Notes under the pieces: model-generated
Seen by the model: the letters and a program-made list of their open reading frames with translations, nothing else
What the model was told of the DNA's origin: nothing
Databases searched by the model: none
Virus record (IMG/VR): IMGVR_UViG_3300035180_000153
Coordinates: 1 to 54,354 of that record
DNA: 54,354 nt
Reading direction: 5' to 3' (one strand)
Source: a virus
Taxonomy: Duplodnaviria; Caudoviricetes
Part shown: positions 44,828-54,354 of the stretch, piece after piece
Numbering within the stretch: position 1 is the first letter of the stretch
Layout of the letters: each line of letters opens with the position of its first letter
Translations under genes and position numbers: made by a program

Positions 44828-46650
44828 TCCGATTTGGTTTGTACTGCCAGGGCGTTGATGCTATTCAGCGCCGCCGTAATCATGCTGGAGTAGACATTAA
44901 CACCAGCGGTTGCAGCGCCTAAATTCAAGTCTGCCTGCTTGGATGCTTTCTCCAATTCTAGTTTCGCTTTTCCAAGATTGTTCTGCAAAGACAACGAATT
45001 TCCATCTATGTTTACGCGCTCACTAGATACAGCGAGATCGCCAATGGCCTGCTGCGATCTGACGCGCGATTCATAAGCCTGTATGTCTGCACCATAAACG
45101 CGCTCTTTTAGTCCCTCCACCTGCAATATGGTTTCTAGCGTTGTCCTATATTGTGTGATCTGCGAGTTGTACTTGTCCAATTCCGCCCTTGCCTTCTCGA
45201 TCTCTGATTTTAGCACCAGCGATTCGACTTCTGTCTTGGCCTTGGCGGCCTCCACGGTTCCGGTATAAGCTCGTACTTGAGCGTCGAATATCTGCGCCTT
45301 GCCAAGCTCGCCACGCACCTTCGCCTCGAAGGCGTTGAACTCCGCGCTCTTGGCTTGCACTTGTGATACATAGGCTTCGACTTGGGCGCGGAATGCGTCT
45401 AGATTAAGTTTTTCTACGTTTGCCTTGACGTTCGCCGCCTCGACTTGTGTTCTGTACAGATTGACAAGTGTTTCGTGCGCCTCAATTCCTGCCTTGTACT
45501 GGTTGATGCGCGTCATGTTCACATCGGCGCGAATCTTCTCAACATCTGCCGTATTGCGGTACTGCTCCAACAGCAAGCTATTGGCGCGTAACTTCGACTC
45601 GAACACCTGGGCTTCTGTCTTGTACCCGTCCAGCATCGCGTTATACGCCGTCACCCGTGCGTTATATGACGCGATGGCAGCGTCAATCAGATACTTGCTG
45701 GCATTCAGCAAACGCTCCATCATGGAGCCGTGGTACTGGATCAGAACGCCCTCAAGCTGACTCCCCTGCTGAATGGTGAACTGGCGATTCTGTACGTACA
45801 AGTCGGCGCGTTTCAGCGCAACCTCTCGGTTGAATGTAGAAGATGCGTCTTGGAGCGCCTGACGTGATTTCTCCAGCGCACCGAAGAATGTCCCTGGAGG
45901 AACGCTGAATCGACGCGCTGAAAACTCTCGCTCTATCTCGTCTATAGACTGATTGGCATTAGCCATTTCACGATCACGTGCGCGATCCCACAGCTTCAAT
46001 TCGTCGTTTGTTTCGATTCCATACCCGCCATTTGTCAAATCTGCCTGCAATTTAAGCCGCAACAGATTCAGCAATTCGGATGAGTAATCCTGCTCGTTGA
46101 AGCTAAATACTTCGCTTGGCGGTGTCAGCGTTGCGCCGGATGGAGCGACTGCCGTGAAGTCGATAGTAGGAAGATTAGGTTGTGACGGGATATGGATGTC
46201 ATCCAGTGCCGGAACGTTGCCAAAACTGGCTAGGTTGATGTCAGGGCCGTTGCCGATTGTCGGTGCGGTAAAGTTTGGCGCAGCGCCGAAACCCTTGTCA
46301 GGGAACACCAAAGACGGCGCGTTACCGACATCCAGCGACGGCGCGCTACCTGCGAACGGTGAGATTGATACCTTGTCTGGAGCCGTGAAGTCAGAAATGC
46401 CTGGCGCAACAGGCGGAGTAACGTTTTCCGGGAAACTGAAGTTCGGCCTGGCTGGAATATCTTTCTGGATGTTGTCGATGTACTGCTTCACCAAATCTTG
46501 GTAGAAATACCCACTCCACATACTGAAGTCATCGCCACCCAATTTTGCAAATGCAAATTGCCCGATGCGATTTACTAAAGCCTGCGCTTGATCTACCCAC
46601 CCGTCTGCGAACTTGACGGAATTATCAATAATTGATGGAACGTCTGCCAT
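44824..46650 (-). CDS. Putative internal virion/ejection protein (long coiled-coil)
   Basis: Pro-rich N-terminus followed by extended heptad repeats. Confidence 0.6.
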   Translation of the reverse strand: MADVPSIIDNSVKFADGWVDQAQALVNRIGQFAFAKLGGDDFSMWSGYFYQDLVKQYIDNIQKDIPARPNFSFPENVTPPVAPGISDFTAPDKVSISPFAGSAPSLDVGNAPSLVFPDKGFGAAPNFTAPTIGNGPDINLASFGNVPALDDIHIPSQPNLPTIDFTAVAPSGATLTPPSEVFSFNEQDYSSELLNLLRLKLQADLTNGGYGIETNDELKLWDRARDREMANANQSIDEIEREFSARRFSVPPGTFFGALEKSRQALQDASSTFNREVALKRADLYVQNRQFTIQQGSQLEGVLIQYHGSMMERLLNASKYLIDAAIASYNARVTAYNAMLDGYKTEAQVFESKLRANSLLLEQYRNTADVEKIRADVNMTRINQYKAGIEAHETLVNLYRTQVEAANVKANVEKLNLDAFRAQVEAYVSQVQAKSAEFNAFEAKVRGELGKAQIFDAQVRAYTGTVEAAKAKTEVESLVLKSEIEKARAELDKYNSQITQYRTTLETILQVEGLKERVYGADIQAYESRVRSQQAIGDLAVSSERVNIDGNSLSLQNNLGKAKLELEKASKQADLNLGAATAGVNVYSSMITAALNSINALAVQTKSE

Positions 46651-46662
46651 GACAATGCCCCA

Positions 46663-46688
46663 ATAAAAATCCCACCTGGTGGTGGGCT
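46663..46688 (-). terminator. Rho-independent terminator
   Basis: CCCACC-ACCA-GGTGGG followed by ATTTTT. Confidence 0.6.
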
Positions 46689-46743
46689 TATGAATCTAAA
46701 AATACGGGAATTGATATACTATGTATTTTATATATCGGCGTTA

Positions 46744-48336
46744 TCAAACCCGTCTGGAATAAGTTTCTGCTACAACCTCCAGCGCATCCAACTCCATATC
46801 CGATCCTCCCGTGTTGGCGATGGTGAACTGGTAATAGCGCGACTTCATACCGCGCCCCATGTCGGCTTTGTGCTGGCGCATCGTCGTACTATCTTCCGGG
46901 TGTATGTCGTAGTCGTAGGATTCGTGCTCATCCATTTCCACCGTCAGCATTACCTGCTCTGAGGACTTGCAAGATAGGTAAGCGTCCGTCAGTCGCTTCA
47001 TGCTGTTGGCCCCGAAGTCTGACTTGCCTGTTGTGATGCTGGCCTGAATTTCTGCCCCGTTGTCACTCGCTCCGTCCAGGAAGAACAGCCCTGATGCGCT
47101 TGCGCCGATCATGCGCCCGTTGAACTCCGCCATTGAATTGAACGGATAGCCCTGATACTCGGTGATTGCGCCAGTCTTTAGGTTCATCGCCAAGACATGC
47201 CATTGATCCGCCTGGCCCACCGCTCCAGAAATGAACGCCGTCATCGGCTTGATCTTGGTGTCTATCGTTCCGTAATAGGCCAGATACCCGGTGAATGACG
47301 ACGAGATCAATCCAAGCGTGGCGCTTATGCTTCCTCCAACACCATTCGCACCGGTTATCTCGCCTGAAATCACTGGCAATCTGGAATTAATACTGCCGGT
47401 GATTTCTATAACTCCGGTAATACTTCCAGTCAAGACAGGAAGCGCGGCATCAATTGATCCGATAGCGCCTGTCTGCCCGACGATGCTTCCAGTAATCGCC
47501 GGAATCGTTGCATCAATGGAACCTGACGCGCCTACATAACCCGTGATCTGCGCAGTTATGAGAGGAAGGACTGCATTGAAGCTCTCTATCCCACCTGTGA
47601 TATTGCTGGTAATTACCGGCAAGCTGGCGTCGAGTGATCCTGTTACGCCAACAAGTCCAGCGATCGATGACTCCATGCGCCTCAAGGTTGCATCAAGCGA
47701 TCCCGCGACACCAACAAGTACATCAAAAGAAGACTCCATGCCAGGCAATGCGGAATCTAGCGATCCTATGACGCCTATATCGCCAGTAATATCGCTGGTG
47801 ATCACTGGCAATTCAGCAGATATAGTACCGCCTAAAGCATTCGTGCTTTCAACGATAGCCGAGCCGCCAACCTTTACCCCGCCGCTGGAGACATAGAAGT
47901 TATCGCTGACAATTGCAGAACCAGTAACCTTCACGCCACCATGTCCAAAGACTGTCAGCGAGGTAACGTTGTAGCTTGCATCTATCGCGGAGCCGCCTAC
48001 CTTAACACCACCGCTTCCGGACATTATCAGCGGAATATTCTGAATGTACGTAACATCAGCGGTTCCGCCTACCTTAACCCCGCCGCGTCCAGTTATTATC
48101 AGCGGATCATTGGCTATATCTGCCATTCCGCCTACCTTAACACCACCGCTTCCAGTTATTATCAGCGGAGGATTTGGGATATACGTAACGCCAGCTGTTC
48201 CGCTTACCTTAACCCCGCCACTTGTCGTCATAGAGTACGTTGACGGCCCTGACTCTCCGAACTGGAATGAAGGCAGCATTACACCAGCTGTCGGTGTCTT
48301 ATATCCGAATTGGAATGAAGGTAGTGTAAAAGACAT
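46744..48336 (-). CDS. Repetitive virion/tail protein
   Basis: Six GGVKV(G/S/T)G repeats, GSIDAxLP repeats, C-terminal globular domain. Confidence 0.7.
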   Translation of the reverse strand: MSFTLPSFQFGYKTPTAGVMLPSFQFGESGPSTYSMTTSGGVKVSGTAGVTYIPNPPLIITGSGGVKVGGMADIANDPLIITGRGGVKVGGTADVTYIQNIPLIMSGSGGVKVGGSAIDASYNVTSLTVFGHGGVKVTGSAIVSDNFYVSSGGVKVGGSAIVESTNALGGTISAELPVITSDITGDIGVIGSLDSALPGMESSFDVLVGVAGSLDATLRRMESSIAGLVGVTGSLDASLPVITSNITGGIESFNAVLPLITAQITGYVGASGSIDATIPAITGSIVGQTGAIGSIDAALPVLTGSITGVIEITGSINSRLPVISGEITGANGVGGSISATLGLISSSFTGYLAYYGTIDTKIKPMTAFISGAVGQADQWHVLAMNLKTGAITEYQGYPFNSMAEFNGRMIGASASGLFFLDGASDNGAEIQASITTGKSDFGANSMKRLTDAYLSCKSSEQVMLTVEMDEHESYDYDIHPEDSTTMRQHKADMGRGMKSRYYQFTIANTGGSDMELDALEVVAETYSRRV

Positions 48337-48339
48337 GGT

Positions 48340-49170
48340 TTAACTGAGCGTGATAGTGGCTTCTGTCAGGGTTACGGCATGCCCTGACGTGATGGTAAGA
48401 TTATCCAGGATGAAGTCCGCATTGGAAGTCCCGACTGATCCCTGAATGGTATAATTACCCTTCACCCATCGAATGTATCCAGCCGTTCCGCTCGCGGATG
48501 CGTTGGCCGATAGGTTGGTAGTGAGCGATGCAGCGCCACCTGTAGACGCCCCCCACGGAGAATTAGAGCCTGTAGGAATAGTAGCCAGCAACGTTCCGGT
48601 AGCTGCCATGTCTGCGTTTGCTGGCGCTGATCCAGAATACACAAGGATCGAACCGTTGATCCCCATCTGCATCGCCGAACCGTCGATTCCAGCAACCATT
48701 GAGACTAGATGATTAACCACGTCAGAATTGAGTTGCAGCGTGCCGCCGTTGGTATATGGCATCTTCACGTCAAGGTTAGTGACTGTGATAGGACTGTCTT
48801 TAGTCGCTGATAGTGATGACAGGATGCAGCCAGCGCCAGAGCCTGCCACACCAACCGTGGTGTCTATAGACGCTATATTCCCGTCGTTGCTGATTCTGGC
48901 GAACCCGATTGTTCCATTTGATGCGGCATTTGCAGATACGGATGTAGAAAGCCTGCAGACACCACTAGCAGCAGCAGAATAATTCCCATTCAATAATAAT
49001 GATGCAGAACTTGTAAGCTGCGATCCAGATGGTGTTGTGCTTGGATTAGCTGGTTGCGATCCACTGTAAAAATCAACTGAATAGCACGGAACACTACTAA
49101 TCGCTGTTGATCCTACAATACAATCAACAATCGGATTCAGGAAGTATGTGGCATCGAAAGTTGTTGGCAT
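48340..49170 (-). CDS. Virion protein, tandem two-domain paralog of 49594-50046
   Basis: YSGS.PA... and (D/Q)(T/G)(T/S)VG motifs occur twice. Confidence 0.7.
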   Translation of the reverse strand: MPTTFDATYFLNPIVDCIVGSTAISSVPCYSVDFYSGSQPANPSTTPSGSQLTSSASLLLNGNYSAAASGVCRLSTSVSANAASNGTIGFARISNDGNIASIDTTVGVAGSGAGCILSSLSATKDSPITVTNLDVKMPYTNGGTLQLNSDVVNHLVSMVAGIDGSAMQMGINGSILVYSGSAPANADMAATGTLLATIPTGSNSPWGASTGGAASLTTNLSANASASGTAGYIRWVKGNYTIQGSVGTSNADFILDNLTITSGHAVTLTEATITLS

Positions 49171-49173
49171 ATC

Positions 49174-49581
49174 TTACACCTTAGACAGGGTGATTTGTGG
49201 TGTAATCTTGATGGTGTCTCCGGCGTTCTGTACCACCTTGGCAGAGCCAAACAATTCCGAAAACAGCAAGGTTCCGCTTGCCGCGCCAACCACGTAGTAA
49301 CCGTACACCGTTACAGCTGCACCTGCCGAGAACGTCCATGTCTGTTGAGCGAAGGAACCCTGCGCAACACCACCATTCTGCGTTATAGTCCAGTTCCCCT
49401 TTGAAAGCGTCTTCGCCGTATATCCTAGCGTGGACATTTCTGTATAGGTTGACGCAACGTCTGTATCTGCTGGTGTTACGTTATTCACGAACAGCTTTAG
49501 CAAGAAATCCTCCTGGGCATTGAATCCCAAGGCCATGCCTAGCAGCATGTTCTCACCTACTGATGGGACGAGCATTGTCAT
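49174..49581 (-). CDS. Virion/tail protein
   Basis: AAGGAG RBS; LKLF.N...GY....L....W...F......VYGY. Confidence 0.7.
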   Translation of the reverse strand: MTMLVPSVGENMLLGMALGFNAQEDFLLKLFVNNVTPADTDVASTYTEMSTLGYTAKTLSKGNWTITQNGGVAQGSFAQQTWTFSAGAAVTVYGYYVVGAASGTLLFSELFGSAKVVQNAGDTIKITPQITLSKV

Positions 49582-49593
49582 GGTGTTCTCCTT

Positions 49594-50046
49594 TTATGCG
49601 CTTGGTAGCGTGAATTGTGCAGCACTGATAGTTAGCGGAGCACCAGCGGCGAACGAAGTCGATGTAAGGTTCATATCCGCACCAGAAGTCCCGACTGTGC
49701 CATCTACCCGACAGGCAGTAGTGCTGCTCGACGTTCCTGGATCACTCGCCTCACGCAAGCGGAACCAGTATGCAGTGCCGTCAGCAAATATTGATGAGCA
49801 CGACCATGTTTCTGCAGGGTTCTTTGTCAGCACACCGCCGGTAGCGTTGGTTTCGAAAGTTAGTCCATTCGATGTTCCATTCGAATAGACAGTAGCGAGC
49901 TTGATCGCGCCAGAAGGCGGTGCATCATCCGCAGCAGTAGGGCGTGTGCCAGAGTAAATATCAATGAATCCACCCGCGAACAATGTCTTGAACGGGGATG
50001 TATCCATGAGCTTGTTGACTGTACCAGTCGATAGACGCAGGGACAT
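49594..50046 (-). CDS. Virion/tail protein
   Basis: GGAGG RBS; IYSGTRP..AD...GTAYWFRL...RVDGTVGTSGADM. Confidence 0.7.
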   Translation of the reverse strand: MSLRLSTGTVNKLMDTSPFKTLFAGGFIDIYSGTRPTAADDAPPSGAIKLATVYSNGTSNGLTFETNATGGVLTKNPAETWSCSSIFADGTAYWFRLREASDPGTSSSTTACRVDGTVGTSGADMNLTSTSFAAGAPLTISAAQFTLPSA

Positions 50047-50062
50047 TTCATAACCTCCAAAT

Positions 50063-50110
50063 AAAAAAACCCGCAATCAGCGGGTGTAAAAAAACCCGCC
50101 GAAGTGGGTT
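50063..50110 (-). terminator. Two tandem Rho-independent terminators
   Basis: ACCCAC-TTCG-GCGGGT plus T run, then ACCCGC-TGATT-GCGGGT plus T run. Confidence 0.75.
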
Positions 50111-50126
50111 TGGTGGGGAACTTGTA

Positions 50127-51302
50127 TTACCTGAGCGCGGCAATGTACTGATTCATGCCTGGCTTTATTCGCGCTACCGCAGCGCCATCATGCGTTACAG
50201 GATAGACATATCTGTCAACGGTGATATTCTGGAACGATCCTCCATCTCCGATGACGCAAATTCCTTTGTTTGACGCGAACACGCCCACGACGCCTTGCAT
50301 CCCTGAAAGAACCATTGATCCGTCCACATAGGCCAGGGTGTGCGGTATGACGCCATAGCTTGCCTTCTTGTCATGCTGCGCCTGGGTGATGTCGTCCCCG
50401 GCTAGGAACACAATGGACTTTTCTGTTCCAATGAACACACCGCCCTGTACTGGCGCAATCATGTTGATGCGAGAATCGAAAGCGTAGGACTGGCGCACCG
50501 GATCGAAGCGCTGGAAGTACAGGTAATCCGAATACAGCAAGAACTCATGGACGGCTATCAATGCATGGCCGTTGAACATTGAGACATGCTCGCCTACCGG
50601 AGCGTGCTGGTAGAATTGCGTTTGCAGGGATATTCCCAGATTCACCGCATCGCCAGCGTAAATTGCGCTGGTAGCGCTATTCGGTATCTGGAGCGCAAGG
50701 TACATGGTTTTTCCATCCGGTGCCGTAACGTAGATGCGTTTCCTGTCTATGCTTGGATCGGCAGAAACCGGGATGTTGTAGAACTCGATTCCGCCGATTG
50801 TCTCGATGACGCCAGAACCTCCCGTTCCCGATTCCTCGCCATCGTTCCGAAGGAAAGTAAGTGCGAACTGGTACATTCCTTGCGGAAGCAAACCATCGGA
50901 TATGCGTGCCATTGGCTGTTCATTGGGAGGTGTTATGCCCCATTGCGTGACAGTGTTTCCATCCGTGACAAATGATTTCAATCCGTCCGAAAAGTAAACT
51001 TTACCATTGATGCTCTGATAGGAAACGCGATTTCCTGATACGTCTTCCAACAGAACGCTCGAAGTGAAGTCTGGGTGAAGCAGCATCAGGTTAGTCCCGG
51101 TGACATAAAGACAATATTCGCCATTCGAGAACAGCGAATGCGCCGATCCTGGTGATAATTCAGTGAAGCCAGGACGGCGAATAATGCGCTTGCTGTCGTC
51201 GATGTCAACGTTCACAGCCGATGACAATTCAGCAGTACCGATGCGATAGTCTGGGACAGCATTCCTGATGCCATCGAACCCTGCGAAATCAATGCTTGGC
51301 AT
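50127..51302 (-). CDS. Tail tubular/stabilisation-like protein
   Basis: F.G..N...L..AVNVDID....RRPG N-terminus; beta-rich. Confidence 0.65.
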   Translation of the reverse strand: MPSIDFAGFDGIRNAVPDYRIGTAELSSAVNVDIDDSKRIIRRPGFTELSPGSAHSLFSNGEYCLYVTGTNLMLLHPDFTSSVLLEDVSGNRVSYQSINGKVYFSDGLKSFVTDGNTVTQWGITPPNEQPMARISDGLLPQGMYQFALTFLRNDGEESGTGGSGVIETIGGIEFYNIPVSADPSIDRKRIYVTAPDGKTMYLALQIPNSATSAIYAGDAVNLGISLQTQFYQHAPVGEHVSMFNGHALIAVHEFLLYSDYLYFQRFDPVRQSYAFDSRINMIAPVQGGVFIGTEKSIVFLAGDDITQAQHDKKASYGVIPHTLAYVDGSMVLSGMQGVVGVFASNKGICVIGDGGSFQNITVDRYVYPVTHDGAAVARIKPGMNQYIAALR

Positions 51303-51466
51303 TACTTCTTCTTGCCGTTAGCAGAAAGTTTCTGGAACTTCTCGGCTCCATATTTCTTGCGGCCAATAGATGCGGCCAAAGCAGCCGGATCATCCACGCC
51401 TTTCTTGGAAAGAGCGTTTTCGAGAGAAGAGAAGCGCTTACCCGAACCTAATTTTGGTTTTGCCAT
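51302..51466 (-). CDS. Small basic protein (54 aa, not in the ORF track)
   Basis: AAGGAG RBS; MAKPKLGSGKRF...DPAALAASIGRKKYG...; TAATG coupling. Confidence 0.75.
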   Translation of the reverse strand: MAKPKLGSGKRFSSLENALSKKGVDDPAALAASIGRKKYGAEKFQKLSANGKKK

Positions 51467-51481
51467 TTTGAATCTCCTTTT

Positions 51482-53785
51482 TCATAACTGCGGTTTGAAA
51501 GTTCCGAACCAGCCGCATTCATTAAATGTCAGCGACGTATTGTCCGGCGATGGAGGTACTTCTGTTTCTAGCGCCTCCTCAAGTGCGCCATACGGCTCCT
51601 TGTCTAGAAAAACTCTCATATACGGAATAAAAGTATCCTTTGTCACATTATTTACAATTCTCTCGAACCCTAAATACGCCACTTCACTCCCGAAGGTAAG
51701 GCCTGGGAAAATTTCGATTCCGATAATATCCGGATCATCGCGCTCGGCAAATTTACTTGCCACACCGTTGCGCACATCCCATACAGACCACACTCCATCT
51801 ATCTTTGCCGTTATAGTGCGATCTGTCACAAAACCCATTAATACGCCATTCTTCCCTTCAAAAGATACAATTTTCTTTGGGCTAGGATCAAGAGTATATA
51901 CGGTAATCTTTTTATCACTCTCGCGCATAACCAAACGCCCTGCAGATTCAACAACCTTCTCGACATCGCCCGGCAACATAAACCTGTAAGGCGCCCTATC
52001 TTTCACATACATCATGGCGACTATTTTCGGTTTATCTGGGTTTTTCATATCGTAAGCAGCAGCCACAAGGCCGTAAGACGCCATACCAACTTCGTTGAGA
52101 GGATGCTCGGTTGGGCTTTTGTATGTGCGTGGCTCTCCGTCAGCAATTGGCTCAGTGTATGGATACTTCAATGTACGCACGTTGCTTTTTAGTACCACAG
52201 CGCCAGTAAAAGCGTCGATGACATATTCTGTCGTAGACCACGTTTGCCATACTGCACTTTCGTAGATGGTGAACGAAATTAGTCCACCGTTCATTGAGTA
52301 AACAGCATCGGATACTTCAACAGTTAGATTTGGATTCTGTTCATTTACAGGAGGGATACTGAGCAAAAGTTTCCCATCTCTGGAGTACACCATCACAATT
52401 GGTTGTGCGATAATAGTTCCGTCATAAAGTGTCGTTACCCCAGGTAGCTTTGATTTGGGCCTCGCGCTCATCACGAAACCGACACCGTTCATCGCAATGG
52501 AGTTCAAGCTGAGGCTGTAATATAAATCGTAAAACCACTTATCTCCCTGAAAAGCATACTTATCAATAAGAAAAGGAAAGCCTTGTAAAAAAGAAGAAGT
52601 ATGTCCAAGGCCATCGAACGTTATTAACTCATTCACAGCAGATGAATAGTGATCTGAGTCTGCTTTCATGACGGTTTTTATCGGTATTATCAGAGACCGA
52701 TCATGGCTGGCCACCAAACCAAAACCTTGGACATCTATCTTTCCTTGCGATTGCACCAGTCCATCTTTTCCTCCATGAACAATCAAGGATGACAACGCGC
52801 TACATCCGTTATTATTTATAACTGGAGTGTACAGTGTGAGTAATGAAGGCTGATCTGGACTCCAGTTAGCAAATGGCGATCCATATTCTGACCATAGATG
52901 TGATCTGTCTTTCTTTGCAAACACGGGGTGAATTTCTGCTGTAGGACTGGAATTGGCGTTGTTAATGGAGCCTAATAGAACATGAATTACTTTCCCTGTT
53001 TCGTATTCATCTGGAACTAACGAAAAGTCTTTAATAAGGGTGGGTGGTTTTTCCCCGGACGCCGGTCGCACTGTGTAGAAATCCATGACATTTGTGCCAT
53101 CAAGCACAAATATGGCACGGTTAGATGCGTCTACTTCTCTTGGTAGTATTGTAAGTGATTGGTTACTTTCTATCGCTGCGAAGTCATCGGATTTCGACAG
53201 ATAACCAGACTTCGGCCCTATAAACCTATAAGTTACCGGGCTATATTCGACGCCAGGTTGATGGACTACACCAACAACGCTTATTCCTTCTCCACCATCA
53301 TAGTAATCTGCTTCCATCTCCAACTTATCGCTCACCGGGAATAGCAGTATCTGCTCCACGTCATCGACAGTGCGTTTTACTTTCAGAGTCTTGTCATCCT
53401 GCGCCGAAAGAACGTCGCTGCTCAGTGTGTTAATCTCTGTTGGTTTCGAGAAACCATTACCGACTGCATACCGAACATACGTTTTCTCACCATCAGGATT
53501 GTCCTTGGTGGTGGCTGGTACGCGAACCCATACCAGCAATCCATCGTGCTCCATTTTCCTTCCGCAGAGTCCTTCCCAAGGGCCGATACCGCAGTCTATT
53601 ATCTTGGCCCAATGCGCTGGCATAATTGAAATCATGTCAGTCATCATGGACTTAACAAAGATGAGCGCAGCCCCATTTGCAACAATCGCAGGCTTCTTAC
53701 CACCTCCACGGGCTTTTAGCTCGTGCAGCATCTTTCTTCCTATCGGTAGTAAGTGCGTGCATCCTTTTCCTAAGTAGATTGCCAT
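51482..53785 (-). CDS. Large beta-rich tail-associated protein
   Basis: 767-aa ORF following the lysis cassette; looks more AT-rich than its neighbours. Confidence 0.65.
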   Translation of the reverse strand: MAIYLGKGCTHLLPIGRKMLHELKARGGGKKPAIVANGAALIFVKSMMTDMISIMPAHWAKIIDCGIGPWEGLCGRKMEHDGLLVWVRVPATTKDNPDGEKTYVRYAVGNGFSKPTEINTLSSDVLSAQDDKTLKVKRTVDDVEQILLFPVSDKLEMEADYYDGGEGISVVGVVHQPGVEYSPVTYRFIGPKSGYLSKSDDFAAIESNQSLTILPREVDASNRAIFVLDGTNVMDFYTVRPASGEKPPTLIKDFSLVPDEYETGKVIHVLLGSINNANSSPTAEIHPVFAKKDRSHLWSEYGSPFANWSPDQPSLLTLYTPVINNNGCSALSSLIVHGGKDGLVQSQGKIDVQGFGLVASHDRSLIIPIKTVMKADSDHYSSAVNELITFDGLGHTSSFLQGFPFLIDKYAFQGDKWFYDLYYSLSLNSIAMNGVGFVMSARPKSKLPGVTTLYDGTIIAQPIVMVYSRDGKLLLSIPPVNEQNPNLTVEVSDAVYSMNGGLISFTIYESAVWQTWSTTEYVIDAFTGAVVLKSNVRTLKYPYTEPIADGEPRTYKSPTEHPLNEVGMASYGLVAAAYDMKNPDKPKIVAMMYVKDRAPYRFMLPGDVEKVVESAGRLVMRESDKKITVYTLDPSPKKIVSFEGKNGVLMGFVTDRTITAKIDGVWSVWDVRNGVASKFAERDDPDIIGIEIFPGLTFGSEVAYLGFERIVNNVTKDTFIPYMRVFLDKEPYGALEEALETEVPPSPDNTSLTFNECGWFGTFKPQL

Positions 53786-53789
53786 TTAC

Positions 53790-54317
53790 TTAGTGCTTTG
53801 TGCTGTTATCCCACTCTATCAGCGCGTCGATCCGCGCCCTGCACTGCTCGTAGAGATCGGCGGCATCGACGATCCAGGTTGCGACATCGGTGTCCGTGCT
53901 GTCGTTGGTATCTGTGGTAGCGGCGGCATGGGCTGGAGCAACGCCGCCGGAGGATGAGGGCAACTTGACACCGAAAGCGGGGGATTGCTGGAGCAGGCCG
54001 CGAGCGTCAGCAGATAGGCAAGTGCGGCCAGTAGTGGCTGTTTTGATGTCATTTCGGAGTCTCCGGTTGGTAGTTTCTAGATCGGCGAGGCGAGTTTCGC
54101 GTTCTGCCAGCGCCTGATCGGCAGCGTGACTTGCCGTTTCAATACGGCGGCGGGTTTCTTCGGCGGCGGCGGTTTCACGCTTGGCGATATCGGCTTTGAG
54201 CGCTGACACCTCGGCCACCTTTGCGCGGTGCTCCCAGGTGTAACCAGAAGCCAAGCCCAAAGAAAAGAAGCCCAAAGCAAATAGCAGTGCAGTAGCGATG
54301 GTTGAGAATGGATTCAA
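53790..54317 (-). CDS. Rz: i-spanin (Rz-like)
   Basis: N-terminal TM plus coiled coil; TTG start with AGGAG RBS just after the endolysin stop (across the circular junction). Confidence 0.85.
   Translation of the reverse strand: MNPFSTIATALLFALGFFSLGLASGYTWEHRAKVAEVSALKADIAKRETAAAEETRRRIETASHAADQALAERETRLADLETTNRRLRNDIKTATTGRTCLSADARGLLQQSPAFGVKLPSSSGGVAPAHAAATTDTNDSTDTDVATWIVDAADLYEQCRARIDALIEWDNSTKH
53819..54052 (-). CDS. Rz1: o-spanin lipoprotein (Rz1-like), embedded in Rz
   Basis: Lipobox LAAC, Pro-rich mature part, GGAG upstream. Confidence 0.85.
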   Translation of the reverse strand: MTSKQPLLAALAYLLTLAACSSNPPLSVSSCPHPPAALLQPMPPLPQIPTTARTPMSQPGSSMPPISTSSAGRGSTR

Positions 54318-54354
54318 GGCTATTCTCCTACTCCAATATGTAACCGGAAACAAA
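54228..54354. repeat. Terminal direct repeat, copy 2
   Basis: Identical to 1-127. Confidence 0.95.

Noticed and set aside
47860-48220. CRISPR-like repeat-spacer pattern (CCGCCTACCTTAAC)
   Set aside because: In-frame protein repeats (GGVKVGG) with synonymous variation
51312-51989. 225-aa plus-strand ORF
   Set aside because: Antisense to two well-supported minus-strand genes

Overview
Essentially complete, circularly permuted genome (54,227 bp plus a 127-bp assembly overlap) of a dsDNA tailed phage. It is probably a podovirus of Proteobacteria: P22-like portal, N4-gp56-type major capsid protein, ejection-type proteins and no tape measure. Most genes are on the minus strand. Order from a cro-like gene at ~25.6 kb: ParB-Dam fusion, O/P-like replication genes with iterons, a nin-like accessory region (NinB, RusA-like, NinG, three more DNA methyltransferases, a tRNA-CAT, a PAPS-reductase-like gene), a Q-like gene, terminase, portal, scaffold, CsrA-like protein, capsid, head/tail accessories, lysis cassette (across the contig ends), tail and ejection proteins, and a 3934-aa DarB-like polyvalent protein. 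A plus-strand early arm (26.0-31.4 kb) encodes a pentapeptide-repeat protein, a Rad52/Sak-like annealase, Gp157, a ParB-like protein and DUF551. No integrase or cI was recognised. The most notable observations are: (1) a CsrA-like gene followed by two AAGA-loop hairpins, one mutually exclusive with a hairpin that hides the capsid Shine-Dalgarno, a candidate protein-operated translational switch; (2) three +1-frame genes overprinted in the disordered linker of the giant protein; (3) a C5 methyltransferase whose motif IX is in a nested alternative-frame ORF; (4) integron attC-like ends on accessory genes; (5) a chimeric-looking tRNA; (6) a cI-less immunity region. All family assignments are from motif recognition by eye; no searches were run.
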